Positions 40,222 through 50,532 of a stretch of DNA of 64,000 nt are shown here, piece by piece (position 1 is the stretch's first letter; each line of letters starts with the position of its first letter). Both the position numbers and the translations under genes were made by a program. The notes below the pieces were generated by a model, which worked only from the letters and a program-made list of their open reading frames with translations, was not told the origin of the DNA and did not search any database. Origin of the DNA: an uncultured Gemmatimonadales bacterium (GTDB lineage: Bacteria > Gemmatimonadota > Gemmatimonadetes > Gemmatimonadales > Gemmatimonadaceae); assembly GCA_963851265.1 (NCBI GenBank), contig CAWKNZ010000010.1, positions 1 to 64,000 on the forward strand, written 5' to 3'.

Positions 40222-41006
40222 ACACACCGGAGGACGCGAGGCGCGACGACGGACGTGACGACGCGCGCGACCCGTGGCACGTGTTGGCCGCGCTCACGCC
40301 GGCGCGCGTCGCGCTCGGCCGGACGGGGAGCAGCGTGCCCACCGCGCGACACCTCGACCTGCAACTCGCCCACGCCCGCGCGCGCGACGCCGTGTGGCAT
40401 CCGCTCGACGCAGCCGGACTCGCGGCCGCGTTCGCCGCTGACGGGCACCGCGTCGTCCGCGTCCGCTCGGCGGCGCGCGACCGGCGCGAGTTCCTGCAGC
40501 GGCCCGATCTCGGCCGTCGACTCTCGGAGGACGCGCCGGGACCACTGGCCCGCGTGGCCGGCGACTGGGACCTCGCGTTCGTCGTCGCCGACGGTCTCGC
40601 GGCACTCGCCGCGGAGCGGCACGCGCCGGCGCTCGTCCGCGCGGTGTGCGACCGCCTGGCCGGCGGCGCGTGGCGGATCGGGCCGGTCGTCGTCGCGGAG
40701 CAGGCGCGCGTCGCGCTCGGCGACGCCGTCGGCGAGGCGCTCGGGGCGCGACTGGTCGTCGTGCTGTTAGGCGAGCGCCCGGGGATGAGCGCGCCGGACA
40801 GCCTCGGCGCGTATCTCACGTGGGCGCCGCGTCCGGGGCGGACGGACGCGGAGCGGAACTGCGTGTCGAACGTTAGGCCGGAGGGGCTGGCCGTCGGACC
40901 GGCGGCCGACACGATCGCGTGGCTCGCGCGGGCGGCGCGGCAGGGGCGGCTGAGTGGAGTCGGGTTGCGCGGGGTTGCCGGGTTGGCGCAGCGCGCGGGC
41001 CCGTGA
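40218..41006 (+). CDS. eutC: ethanolamine ammonia-lyase small subunit
   Basis: TPARVALGR, AHARARDAV, RPDLGRRL, VADGL, GERPG, TDAERNCVSNV; GTGA overlap with eutB. Confidence 0.95.
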   Translation: MNTPEDARRDDGRDDARDPWHVLAALTPARVALGRTGSSVPTARHLDLQLAHARARDAVWHPLDAAGLAAAFAADGHRVVRVRSAARDRREFLQRPDLGRRLSEDAPGPLARVAGDWDLAFVVADGLAALAAERHAPALVRAVCDRLAGGAWRIGPVVVAEQARVALGDAVGEALGARLVVVLLGERPGMSAPDSLGAYLTWAPRPGRTDAERNCVSNVRPEGLAVGPAADTIAWLARAARQGRLSGVGLRGVAGLAQRAGP

Positions 41007-41029
41007 CCGGGCCTCTTCGCCTCCCCGCG

Positions 41030-43357
41030 TCACCCACCCGGGTGATACACCCGCTCCGTATGCCCCACCAGCTGCGACGGGTAGAAATACACCTCGCGCA
41101 GATTCCCCGTCGTGTACCGCAGCGCCTGGTCTCCGAAGTGCGGCGACCGCGGATCCCCGCTCTCCCCGCCCGCGGTCACCGCGCGCGCCCGCACGCTGTC
41201 GCCGAACTCGACGACCGCGACAAAGCTGTTCCCGCTGGTGCCGTAGTACTTGCGCGTCCCCGGATACGCCCGCGCCCCGAACGACGCGAGCGACCCCCAC
41301 TGCGACGACGTGAACCCGACCGGGATGCTCGGGGCCGAGTCGCTGAACGGCTGCACGATGTCACCCGTTAGGCGCTGGTAACGGTTGATCTCGCCCCAGG
41401 GCGTCTGCCAGCGCCCGAAGCTCCGCTGCAGGCGGTCCGACGCGGCCGCAAGCGCTTCGAGCTTCACGCGCGGCGGCGTGCGCGAGGCCATGTAGTCGTA
41501 GACCGACATCCCGGCCGCGCGCGCGTCGGCCGCCGACCGCGCCCACAGCTCCTCGCCCCAGAAGACGGCGAGCGACGTCGGGACGCTCGCGACGCCCCAG
41601 CGGTAATCCCAGTGGCGGAGGGCCGCGACCTGCGGACCCACGCGGCGGCGCAGCGTGTCGGCGGCCGGCGTGCGGTCGTAGGCGGCGAGCAGCGTCGGGA
41701 CGAGTTGCGCGAAGGCAGTGAGGTACGGGTCGTACGCGGCCGCGATGAGCGACGCGGGCGTGAAGTCGTGGCGGTTGTCCAGGACGCGCCGCGCGTGCAG
41801 GCCGCGCGGGTTCTCGCCCACCTGGTCCATGTAGCGCGGGAAGTCGGCCCGCTTCGGGCTGTACGGGCCCGCCGCGGAGTACGGCCAGTTGTTCGTGTTC
41901 GCGATCCAGCCGTTGGCCGGGTCGAGCAGGTGCGGCACCTCGTCCACGCCGTGCACCCCGTGCCAGTCGGTCGCGGGATCGCTCCCGTCGACCGGGCGCG
42001 TGAAGTCGAACCGGTCGTCGCGCTTCGGGATGAACTGCGGGTGGTCGTACGCGATGTCGCCGTCGGCGTCGGCGAAGATCGTGTTGTTGGAGGAGTTCGC
42101 GTGCAACTCCATCACCTGCCGGAACGCGCGATAGTCGCGAGCCTTCGTGCGCAGGTACGACTGACTGAGCGCCTCGACGGGCCGCTGCATGAGCGCGACG
42201 CTTACCCAGCGGCCGCCCGCAGCGCGGACCACGGGGCCGTGGTGGGTGCGATAGACCGTGAACGTCCGCGACGCCAGCGCGCCGGTCGAGGTCCGGTAAG
42301 GGACGGCGATGGTCGACGTCACGATCGGCCGCTCCTCGCCGCCGTAGCGGTAATAGCGACGCCCCCCACGTTCGACCACCGTCTCCAGATACTCGTCCAC
42401 CGCGTCCACGCCGCTCGACGTGTGCATCCACCCCGCGCGCTCGTTGAACCCCTGGTAGACGAAGAACTGCCCCCAGGTGACCGCGCCGTACGCGTTCAGC
42501 CCCTCGCCGCTCGTCACCTGCACTTCGGCGCGGAAGAAGAAGGACGTGTGCGGGTTGATGAGGAGCAGCGCGCGGCCGCGCGCCGTGTTCGCCGGCGCGA
42601 TCGCGAACCCGTTCGACCCGGTCGGCTCGACGAACCGGAAGTCCGACGCGCGCGCTGCCCCGGCGCCGACTTCCGCATCGCCCGCGCGCGCCGGGCTGAC
42701 GCGCGCCGGAGTCGCCCCGGCCGGGGTGTCGCCGGTGCTCGCGGCCGGGCCGTAGAACGCGGCGAGATCGCCTAACGAGATCCGCTCCACGTCGCCGCCG
42801 ATGCTCCCCTCGCTGAACGCGAGTGGCATCCACGGCTCGAAGCGCGTGATGACGCGCGGCGTCACGCGCGGATGGGTGTGCAGGTAGTAGTTGAGTCCGT
42901 CGGCCCACGCGTCCATCAACCGCCGCAGCCACGCCGGACTCGCGGCGTACCGCGCACGGAGCGTGTCCGGGTCGGCGAACAGCTTCGCGCGCAGGTCGCG
43001 GTAGACGGCGCCCTCGCCCTCCGCCTCGGCCGTGCGCCCGAGGGCCGTCAGGTAGTTCGTCTCGACGCGGTTGAAATCGTCCTCGGCCTGCGCGTAGACG
43101 AGGCCGAACACCGCGTCCGCGTCGGTCGTGCCGCGCACGTGGGGGATGCCCCAGTCGTCCCGCGTGATCGTCACCGCCTCTGCCTCGCGCGACCACCGCG
43201 CGACGTCGGCGGCGCGCGCCGCGCCGGTCGTATCGGGGCGCCCCGGCGCGGCCGCGGCCGCGCGCGTCGCCCCGGACGACGCGCACGCCGCGGCGCTCCA
43301 GACGACGCCGCACCCGGCGATCGCTCGCCGGACGCGGATCGGTCGAATGCGGCGCAC
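41030..43357 (-). CDS. penicillin acylase family Ntn-hydrolase
   Basis: 'ITRDDWGIPHV', 'YAQAED', nucleophile 'GSNGFAIAP', INPH, 'SNNTIFAD', 'SPHFGDQA..Y'; start uncertain. Confidence 0.9.
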   Translation of the reverse strand: MRRIRPIRVRRAIAGCGVVWSAAACASSGATRAAAAAPGRPDTTGAARAADVARWSREAEAVTITRDDWGIPHVRGTTDADAVFGLVYAQAEDDFNRVETNYLTALGRTAEAEGEGAVYRDLRAKLFADPDTLRARYAASPAWLRRLMDAWADGLNYYLHTHPRVTPRVITRFEPWMPLAFSEGSIGGDVERISLGDLAAFYGPAASTGDTPAGATPARVSPARAGDAEVGAGAARASDFRFVEPTGSNGFAIAPANTARGRALLLINPHTSFFFRAEVQVTSGEGLNAYGAVTWGQFFVYQGFNERAGWMHTSSGVDAVDEYLETVVERGGRRYYRYGGEERPIVTSTIAVPYRTSTGALASRTFTVYRTHHGPVVRAAGGRWVSVALMQRPVEALSQSYLRTKARDYRAFRQVMELHANSSNNTIFADADGDIAYDHPQFIPKRDDRFDFTRPVDGSDPATDWHGVHGVDEVPHLLDPANGWIANTNNWPYSAAGPYSPKRADFPRYMDQVGENPRGLHARRVLDNRHDFTPASLIAAAYDPYLTAFAQLVPTLLAAYDRTPAADTLRRRVGPQVAALRHWDYRWGVASVPTSLAVFWGEELWARSAADARAAGMSVYDYMASRTPPRVKLEALAAASDRLQRSFGRWQTPWGEINRYQRLTGDIVQPFSDSAPSIPVGFTSSQWGSLASFGARAYPGTRKYYGTSGNSFVAVVEFGDSVRARAVTAGGESGDPRSPHFGDQALRYTTGNLREVYFYPSQLVGHTERVYHPGG

Positions 43358-43401
43358 GCGGCGTGCGACCTCGCGTCCGGCTGCGATGCGCGTGCGTGCG
43401 C

Positions 43402-43848
43402 TTACGCGCGCGACACGTGCATGCCCTTGATGCGCTCGTACGCCTGGCGCACCTCGGTGGCCTGCCGCTGTACCACGCTCGCCGCGTGAGCGGAGAGCGG
43501 CGCGGACATCGCGTCGGCGTAGGCCTTCACGGCGTTCTCGTCGCCGCGCTCGCACTCGGCGAGGATGGCCGCGTCGTCGCGCCCGGTGACCACGCTCTTG
43601 AGGTTGATCCAGCCACGGTGCACCGCAGCGCTCACGGAGCCACCCTTGTGCGCGTCGCCGCCCTCGGACGTCACCAGGCCGCGAAGCTCGGTCGCGAACT
43701 GCCCGCGCTGGGCCGCGTACTGCGTGAACACCTGCTTCATCTGCGAATCCTTGACGTCCTCGCTCGCGGCGCGGTAGCCGTCGGCGCCGTCCTGGGCGGT
43801 CTCGATCAGGTAGTTGAGCGCGTCGGGCGCGGACATGGAGTCTGCCAT
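43402..43848 (-). CDS. PA2169/DUF2383 four-helix-bundle (ferritin-like) protein
   Basis: 'LNYLIETAQDGADGY', 'GSVSAAVHRGWINLKS', 'AILAECERGD'. Confidence 0.88.
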   Translation of the reverse strand: MADSMSAPDALNYLIETAQDGADGYRAASEDVKDSQMKQVFTQYAAQRGQFATELRGLVTSEGGDAHKGGSVSAAVHRGWINLKSVVTGRDDAAILAECERGDENAVKAYADAMSAPLSAHAASVVQRQATEVRQAYERIKGMHVSRA

Positions 43849-44119
43849 GGGAGTTCTCCGTTCGAAGGGTTGAGCTGCGCCGGGCGCGGGTGGCGCCGTG
43901 GGCAGGCGGCCGAGGCCGTCGCAGGTTCGGGACCGCGGGCGTGAGAATGGGCCACGTGTACCTGCGCCGACCGCCGAAACCCCGCGCGGACGGCCGCAAC
44001 GCCCGCCCGTGCCGCGCTCCGAGCGCACGACTTGCGACGCCTCCGCGAATGTAGCAGTGTCGCTCGCCCGCACGGTTTCGCCCGCGGGCACCCCGCCTCC
44101 CTCGACCCGAAGCCGTCCG

Positions 44120-45844
44120 ATGTCCTCGACGCCCCCGCCCCGCCTCGTCGCCCTGCCGGGGACTGAGCGCGACCCCGTCCCCGGCGCGCGCGCGATCGGG
44201 CCCACGCCACCCGACGAGTCGCTCCGCGTGAGCATCCACCTGCGCCCCCGCGCCGAGCTGCCCGACCCTGCACTGCTGGGCGCGGTCCCGGTCGACGCAC
44301 GTCCGGCACCGCTGACGCGGGAGCAGTTCGCCGAGCGCTACGGTGCGAGCGACGAGGACATCGCGGCCGTCCGCCAGTTTGCCGCGGCCGCAGGCCTCCA
44401 CGTCGTGGAGGAGCACGTGGCACGGCGTACCGTCGTCGTCGAGGGGACGGCGGCCGCCGTCGAGCGCGCCTTCGAGGTCCGCCTGAGCCGCTTCGCACAC
44501 CCCGACGGGAGCGAGTACCGCGGCCGGGTCGGCCCCGTGCACGTGCCGGAGTCGCTCGCGCATGCCGTCGACGGCGTGTTCGGGCTCGACACGCGGCGCA
44601 CGGCGCGGTCCAACGCGATCATTCGCCCGCTCCCGGTCGGAACGTCGCACGCGGCGGGCACCGCGCGGCCCTGGTTCACTCCGCCCGAGCTGGGCACCCT
44701 CTACGCGTTTCCGCCGGGCGACGGCGCCGGCCAGTGCATCGGGCTGCTCGAGTTCGGCGGCGGCTTCGACACCGGCGACCTGGCCACCTACTGGAGCGCG
44801 ATCCAGGTCGCCCCGGCGCCCTCCGTCGTCGCGGTCCCGGTGGGGACCTCGACCAACCAGCCGGGCAAGGACCCCGGCTCGGACGGGGAGGTCATGCTCG
44901 ACATCGAGGTCGCCGGCGCGCTCGCGCCCCGGGCCACGATCGCGGTGTACTTCTCGACGTTCACCCAGCAGGGTTGGGTCGACGCGCTGACCACCGCGGT
45001 GCACGACACCACGCACCGTCCGAGCGTGCTGTCCATCAGCTGGGGGTACGCCGAGGGGCACCTCACGTGGACCGCCGCGGCGACGAAGGCCGTCGACGAT
45101 ACGCTCAAGGCCGCGGCGCTGCTCGGCGTGACGGTGTGCGTCGCGTCGGGCGACGACGGGTCGAGCGACGACGTCGAGGACGGGCACGCCCACGTCGATT
45201 TCCCGGCGTCGAGCCCGTACGCGCTCGGGGTCGGCGGGACGGCGCTCGTGGCAGACGCGACGCGCACGCACATCACCGCGGAAACCGTGTGGAACGGCGG
45301 CCCGCGTGCGACGGCCAACGGGGCCGGCGGCGGCGGCGTGAGCAGCGTGTTTCCGCTCCCCGCGTTTCAGGCGCACGCCAACGTGCCCCGGTCGGTGAAC
45401 CCCGGGCACAAGGCCGGGCGCGGCGTCCCCGACGTGGCCGCGGTCGCCGACCCGCGTACGGGCTACTACGTGCGCTCGTCGGGGCAGGACGGGGTCGCCG
45501 GCGGGACGAGTGCATCGGCGCCGCTCTGGGCCGCGCTGCTCGCGCGCATCAACGCGGGCGGCACGCGCCCCGTGGGGTACATCACGCCGCTGCTCTACGC
45601 GTCGGCGGGCGCGGCGGGCTGCCGCGACATCACGCAGGGCAACAACGACACGACGGGGAAGATCGGCGGCTACCCCGCGGGCCGGGGGTGGGACGCGTGC
45701 ACGGGGTGGGGCAGCCCGAACGGGGCCACGCTCGGCGCCGCCCTCCGCGGTGGCGCGGGCGCCGCGCCGGCGGTGGCCGAGCGCGACGGCGCGCGGGCCG
45801 ACACGGGCGTCGTCGCCGGCGTCGGCGCCGGCGCGATCGCCTAA
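44120..45844 (+). CDS. S53 sedolisin/kumamolisin-like serine peptidase with prodomain
   Basis: Pro-kumamolisin domain; E-x3-D 'EVMLDIE', SISWG, ASGDDG, 'GRGVPDVA', GGTSAS, GWDACTGWGSP. Confidence 0.93.
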   Translation: MSSTPPPRLVALPGTERDPVPGARAIGPTPPDESLRVSIHLRPRAELPDPALLGAVPVDARPAPLTREQFAERYGASDEDIAAVRQFAAAAGLHVVEEHVARRTVVVEGTAAAVERAFEVRLSRFAHPDGSEYRGRVGPVHVPESLAHAVDGVFGLDTRRTARSNAIIRPLPVGTSHAAGTARPWFTPPELGTLYAFPPGDGAGQCIGLLEFGGGFDTGDLATYWSAIQVAPAPSVVAVPVGTSTNQPGKDPGSDGEVMLDIEVAGALAPRATIAVYFSTFTQQGWVDALTTAVHDTTHRPSVLSISWGYAEGHLTWTAAATKAVDDTLKAAALLGVTVCVASGDDGSSDDVEDGHAHVDFPASSPYALGVGGTALVADATRTHITAETVWNGGPRATANGAGGGGVSSVFPLPAFQAHANVPRSVNPGHKAGRGVPDVAAVADPRTGYYVRSSGQDGVAGGTSASAPLWAALLARINAGGTRPVGYITPLLYASAGAAGCRDITQGNNDTTGKIGGYPAGRGWDACTGWGSPNGATLGAALRGGAGAAPAVAERDGARADTGVVAGVGAGAIA

Positions 45845-45855
45845 CGTCGCCAACG

Positions 45856-45889
45856 GTGGCGGCGGCGCGCCGCTTCGCGCCGCCGCCAC
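45856..45889 (+). terminator. 14-bp-stem hairpin after the sedolisin gene
   Basis: GTGGCGGCGGCGCG-ccgctt-CGCGCCGCCGCCAC; no U-tract. Confidence 0.5.
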
Positions 45890-46008
45890 GGCGCAGTCCG
45901 CCGACCAGTCGCGCGGCCCGCGGCGGCGCGGCACGCGCGGTGCCCCCGGCGGTCACGTCCTGCTACTCCGCCGCCTAACCGCGGCCTGCGACCCCGAACT
46001 TTCACGAG

Positions 46009-47931
46009 ATGGCCTGGAGCCTGACGCTCGGCGCCCGCCCGACGGCGGACGGCGTGTTGTTCCGCGTGTGGGCGCCCGAAGCCGCGCGCGTCGACGTCGT
46101 GTCGTCCGACACGCGGGCGCACGCGGGTGAGGACGCGCACGCCCTCACGCCCGACGGCGGGGGGTACTTCGCCGGACTCGTCCGCGGCATGCGGGCGGGC
46201 GCCCGGTACCGCTACCGCGTGGACGGCGGCGAGTCGTACCCGGACCCGGCGTCGCGCGCGCAGCCGGACGGCGTGCACGGCGCGTCGATGGTCGTCGACT
46301 CCGACGGGTTCGCGTGGACGGACGCGTCGTGGGCGGGCATCGAGCCCGACGACCTGATCGTGTACGAGGTGCACATCGGCACGTTCACGCCCGAAGGCAC
46401 CTTCGACGCCGCGATCGCGCGCCTCGACCACGTCGCCGCGCTCGGCGCGACCGCGGTCGAGGTCATGCCGATCGCCGCGTTCGCCGGCGCACGCAACTGG
46501 GGCTACGACGGCGTCGACCTCTACGCGCCGGCCGCGCCCTACGGCGGCCCCGACGGGTTCAAGCGCTTCGTCGACGCCGCGCACGCGCGCGGCCTCGCCG
46601 TACTCCTCGACGCGGTCTACAACCACTTCGGCCCTGACGGGAACTACCTCCACGCGCTCACCCGCGGCCGATTCTTCACCGACCGGCACCGTACGCCGTG
46701 GGGCGACGCGGTCGCCTACGACGGGCCCGACGGGGCCGCGGTGCGCGACTTCGTCGTCCAGAACGCGCTCTACTGGGCGCACGAGTACCACGTCGACGGG
46801 CTGCGCCTCGACGCGACCCACGCCATCCTCGACGACTCGCCCGTCCACGTCCTGACCGAGATCGCGGCGAAGCTTCACGACCTCGATCGTCCACGGATCG
46901 TGGTCGCCGAGGACGAGCGGAACGAGCGGCGTCTCGTGTTGCCGCCGCGCGAGGGCGGATTCGGGCTCGACGCCGTGTGGGCCGACGACCTTCACCACCA
47001 GGTGCGACGCCTGGCCGCTGGCGATTCGGAGGGGTACTTCGCGGCGTTCGGCGGCACGGTGGCCGACGTCGTCGCGACGCTCGAGCGCGGGTGGTTCTAC
47101 GAGGGGCAGGCGGTCGCCGGCGCGGGGCCCGACGCGCCCGCGACGCGCGGGACGCCGGCGGTCGGCCTGCCACCGCGGGCCTTCGTCCACTGCCTGCAGA
47201 ACCACGACCAGGTCGGCAACCGCCCCTTCGGCGACCGCCTGCACGACGCGATCCCGCTCTCGCTCTACCGCGCGCTCTCCGCGATGCTACTCGTGTCACC
47301 GTACACGCCGCTGTTGTGGATGGGGCAGGAGTGGGCCGCGTCGACGCCGTTTCAGTTCTTCACCGACCACACGCCCGAGTTGGGCGCACTCGTCACGGCC
47401 GGACGCCGCGCCGAATTCGCGGCGTTTTCCGCATTCCACGACCCTGCAGTGCGCGAGCGCATCCCCGATCCGCAGGACGAGGCGACGTTCCTGCGGTCCA
47501 AGTTGCAGTGGGACGAGCTCGCCGAAGCGCCGCACGCCGGCGTGCTCGCGCTCTACCGCGAGCTGCTGGCGTTGCGCCGCACCTCGCCCGCGCTCCGCGC
47601 GCGGGGGCGCGACGGGTTCGCCGTGGTGGCGTTAGGCGACTGCGCGCTCGCGCTCCGGCGCGAAGCGGCCGACGGCGACGCGCTGCTCGCCGTCGTGCAC
47701 TTCGGCGGGTCGCTACACCTCGACGTCGCCGGCACGTCGGTGACGCGCGCGCCGGCGGGCCGCCGGTGGGCGCGCGTCCTCTCGACCGAGGAGCGCCGAT
47801 TCGGCGGCTCGGGCGAGGGGGACGGGAACGACGGGGCGGCGCGGGAGCGCACGCCGGTCGACGTGCTGGATCTCGCCGCGCCGCAGGCCGTCGTGCTGTA
47901 CGCGCGTGCCGAGACGGCCCGGGCGTCGTGA
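46009..47931 (+). CDS. treZ: malto-oligosyltrehalose trehalohydrolase (GH13)
   Basis: FRVWAP, DPASRAQPDGVHG, RNWGYDGV, VYNHFGPDGNYL, DGLRLDATHA, QNHDQVGNR, MGQEW. Confidence 0.94.
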   Translation: MAWSLTLGARPTADGVLFRVWAPEAARVDVVSSDTRAHAGEDAHALTPDGGGYFAGLVRGMRAGARYRYRVDGGESYPDPASRAQPDGVHGASMVVDSDGFAWTDASWAGIEPDDLIVYEVHIGTFTPEGTFDAAIARLDHVAALGATAVEVMPIAAFAGARNWGYDGVDLYAPAAPYGGPDGFKRFVDAAHARGLAVLLDAVYNHFGPDGNYLHALTRGRFFTDRHRTPWGDAVAYDGPDGAAVRDFVVQNALYWAHEYHVDGLRLDATHAILDDSPVHVLTEIAAKLHDLDRPRIVVAEDERNERRLVLPPREGGFGLDAVWADDLHHQVRRLAAGDSEGYFAAFGGTVADVVATLERGWFYEGQAVAGAGPDAPATRGTPAVGLPPRAFVHCLQNHDQVGNRPFGDRLHDAIPLSLYRALSAMLLVSPYTPLLWMGQEWAASTPFQFFTDHTPELGALVTAGRRAEFAAFSAFHDPAVRERIPDPQDEATFLRSKLQWDELAEAPHAGVLALYRELLALRRTSPALRARGRDGFAVVALGDCALALRREAADGDALLAVVHFGGSLHLDVAGTSVTRAPAGRRWARVLSTEERRFGGSGEGDGNDGAARERTPVDVLDLAAPQAVVLYARAETARAS

Positions 47932-47973
47932 CCGGCCGCGCCCCGGTCACCGCGCGCGAACGTCCGGTCCGCT

Positions 47974-49356
47974 CTACCGGAGCGCGCCTCTCGTCCAGAT
48001 GAGGACGACCGCGCACACGTTGCGCGTGTGCATGCGGCCGTATTCCGGAGGCGCCCAACCGGCGTCGGGGTAGACCTCGATCGCACCGACCTCGGTGGGG
48101 CTCAGCAGCTCGTCGATCTCGGTCGCACCGTTCGGGATGTACGTGCCGTCGAGGTAGACCTCGGCGGCGCACTCACCGCGGCCGAGGATCTGGGGGCGTC
48201 CGGTCGCGGTCGAACTCGAGACGTGCACGCCCGGCGTCATCACGAGCGCGTCCGCGATCGTCAGCGGAACGCGCCGCGCGATGTCATCGGCCGTGACGAC
48301 GCGAACGAACCCGGACGCGCGCCGCGTGCGCTCCAGGAAGTCCCGCGCCCCCCGTGGACGCGACGCGTAGACGTTCACCGATTGCAGGGCGGTCACGCGT
48401 GTTCCGACCGCCAAATCGAGTGACGCCGGTCGGTCGGCACGCAGGTCGGCCGCGGCACGCGCGGGTGTGAAGCCGATCGCGATCGCCTCGACGGGGTACG
48501 TGCCGCCGGGCAGTTGATCGAGCCGGTACGCGCCGTCGGCGTCGGAGACGGCCACGCTGTCGGCCACGCCCGCGCCGCGCACGACCACGCGCGCGCCGGC
48601 GAGCGGGGTGCCGTCCGGTCGGCGCACGTGACCCGCGAGGCGAGCGGTCCTGCGCTCCCCCGCCGCGGCGACCAGCAGGTCGCGGTGAACGAGTGGCGTT
48701 GCGACCTCGACGTGCATCTCGATCGCGCCGCTCGCCGCGGTAGCGGCACCCGACGCGGTCGCCGTCGCCTGCACCAGCACCGCCACGCCAAGTGGGATGC
48801 CGCACACCGCGTAGCGCCCGTCGGCGCCGGCCGCCCCGCGCACGCTCGGCGTCACGCGGCGGACACCGCCCGCGTCGACGCGGAGTTCGCCCCAGCGCAC
48901 CGCGACGTCGCCCGCGGCCACGGGGTCGCCGTTGGCGTCGAGCACGCGGCCGACGAGCACGCCAGTCGAGTCGCGCCGCGCGCCACACACCGCGGCGGCG
49001 ATCGTGCGTGCACTCGGAACGGCGAGGTCTGCGCGCACGGCCGTCGCGCCGGGGACGACGTCGACCGCGCGCACCGGCGGTTGGATGCCGAGCGAGTCGA
49101 GTCGCTCGTGCACGAACCCGAGCAGGTATCGCCCGGCCGCGACGCCGACGAAGCGGAACACGCCGGCCGAGTCGGCATCCACGCCGCGCGGCGTGCCGCC
49201 CGTCGTGCCCTGCGGTACGAGCTGCACCGTCGCTCCGGCCAACGGGCGGCCGGTGATGCTGTCGACCACGACGCCGGACACCGCCGCCTGCGCGGCGAGC
49301 GTCGCGGGCGCCGCGGCGAACGCGCCGAACAGCAGCGCGGGAACGACGACGCGCAC
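47974..49356 (-). CDS. secreted protein with carboxypeptidase-regulatory-like Ig domains and a C-terminal TonB plug-like domain
   Basis: Signal peptide; repeated 'SGVVVDS.TGRPLAGATV' / 'AGHVRRPDGTPLAGARV'; C-terminal 'VYLDG...AIEVY...VVLIWTR'; no beta-barrel. Confidence 0.75.
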   Translation of the reverse strand: MRVVVPALLFGAFAAAPATLAAQAAVSGVVVDSITGRPLAGATVQLVPQGTTGGTPRGVDADSAGVFRFVGVAAGRYLLGFVHERLDSLGIQPPVRAVDVVPGATAVRADLAVPSARTIAAAVCGARRDSTGVLVGRVLDANGDPVAAGDVAVRWGELRVDAGGVRRVTPSVRGAAGADGRYAVCGIPLGVAVLVQATATASGAATAASGAIEMHVEVATPLVHRDLLVAAAGERRTARLAGHVRRPDGTPLAGARVVVRGAGVADSVAVSDADGAYRLDQLPGGTYPVEAIAIGFTPARAAADLRADRPASLDLAVGTRVTALQSVNVYASRPRGARDFLERTRRASGFVRVVTADDIARRVPLTIADALVMTPGVHVSSSTATGRPQILGRGECAAEVYLDGTYIPNGATEIDELLSPTEVGAIEVYPDAGWAPPEYGRMHTRNVCAVVLIWTRGALR

Positions 49357-49457
49357 GCCAGCGGTGACGGAATCGTTTCGCCGGGTGAACGGGAACGTGC
49401 GCGAGCGTGAGATGCGGCGCTGGCCTGCCCCCGGGCGCGTCTTGGACGGCAGCACGA

Positions 49458-50462
49458 TCACGGAGTACCGGGCGCCGCGGGTGCGAGGAACCGGTGCCGG
49501 CGGAGCCACGTCGCGCACAGCGTGGCCCAGGTCGCGAGCGCGGGGTTGCCCGGTGCCAGGCCGAACCCGTGACCGCCCGTCTCGTACACGTGCAGCTCCG
49601 CGGGCACGCCGGCCGCGTGCAGCGCACGGTAGAACAGCAGCGAGTTCTCCACGGGCACGACATCGTCGTCGCTGGCCGCGACGAGGAACGTCGGGGGCGT
49701 CGCGGCCGTGACCTGGGTTTCGAGCGAGAGCGCGCGTACGAGCGTCGCGTCGGGGTGGGCGCCGAGCAGGTTCGTGCGCGAGCCCGCGTGGGCGGAATCG
49801 CCCATCGTGACGACCGGGTAGATGAGCACCGACACGTCCGGTCGCGCGCTCAGCCGGTCGGTCGAGTCGCCGGCTGCCGCGCCGGCCGGGTCGGCGTAGC
49901 GGGTCGTCACCGTTCCGGCCATGTGCCCGCCCGCCGAGAACCCGATCACACCCACACGGTGCACGTCCACGCGCCACTCGCGGGCTCGCGCGCGCACGAG
50001 GCGCACGGCGCGCAGCGCGTCCTGCTCCATCGCGGGGTGGTGGTACCGCGGCCCGAGTCGGTAGCGCACGACGAACGCGGCCACGCCGAGCGAGTTGAGC
50101 CAGCGCGCGACGTCGGTGCCTTCCTTGTCGAATGCCAGGTGCGTGTACCCGCCGCCCGGGTAGACGACCATCGCTGCGCCGGTCGCGCGCCCGGGAGCTG
50201 GGAGGAACGGCGTCAGGTCCGGCCGATCCTCGGGCGCGTCGCCGACGGCGCCGGGCGCGCGCGCGCGCCAGAGCGGGACGGGTGCCGGCAGGGACGCCCC
50301 CGGCTGCGCGCCTAACGTGCGCGCCGCGGCGCTGGACGCCACGCCGGCGCCCAGAGCGGTCCCGAGCGCCACGATGCGTCGGATGCGCCGGAGCTGCCTG
50401 TGGACGGACGCGGTCACGCGCGCGCGGTGTCTCCCTTGAGGATCGGGAACGCGCGACGACAT
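49458..50462 (-). CDS. alpha/beta hydrolase, putative carbohydrate esterase
   Basis: PGGGY, EGTD, GFSAGGH, LIYPV, DDDVV, GGHGFG; start uncertain (alternative 50489). Confidence 0.87.
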   Translation of the reverse strand: MSSRVPDPQGRHRARVTASVHRQLRRIRRIVALGTALGAGVASSAAARTLGAQPGASLPAPVPLWRARAPGAVGDAPEDRPDLTPFLPAPGRATGAAMVVYPGGGYTHLAFDKEGTDVARWLNSLGVAAFVVRYRLGPRYHHPAMEQDALRAVRLVRARAREWRVDVHRVGVIGFSAGGHMAGTVTTRYADPAGAAAGDSTDRLSARPDVSVLIYPVVTMGDSAHAGSRTNLLGAHPDATLVRALSLETQVTAATPPTFLVAASDDDVVPVENSLLFYRALHAAGVPAELHVYETGGHGFGLAPGNPALATWATLCATWLRRHRFLAPAAPGTP

Positions 50463-50532
50463 GGCTGCGCGCGGGTCACGGTGGGTCACGGTGCGTCACG
50501 GTCGAGAATCGGAGAGGAGTGCGCCACGGGGC

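Noticed and set aside
43358..45934. 1634-aa ORF extending the acylase upstream
   Set aside because: The extension overlaps the PA2169 gene and the antisense of the sedolisin; acylase similarity starts near 43200.
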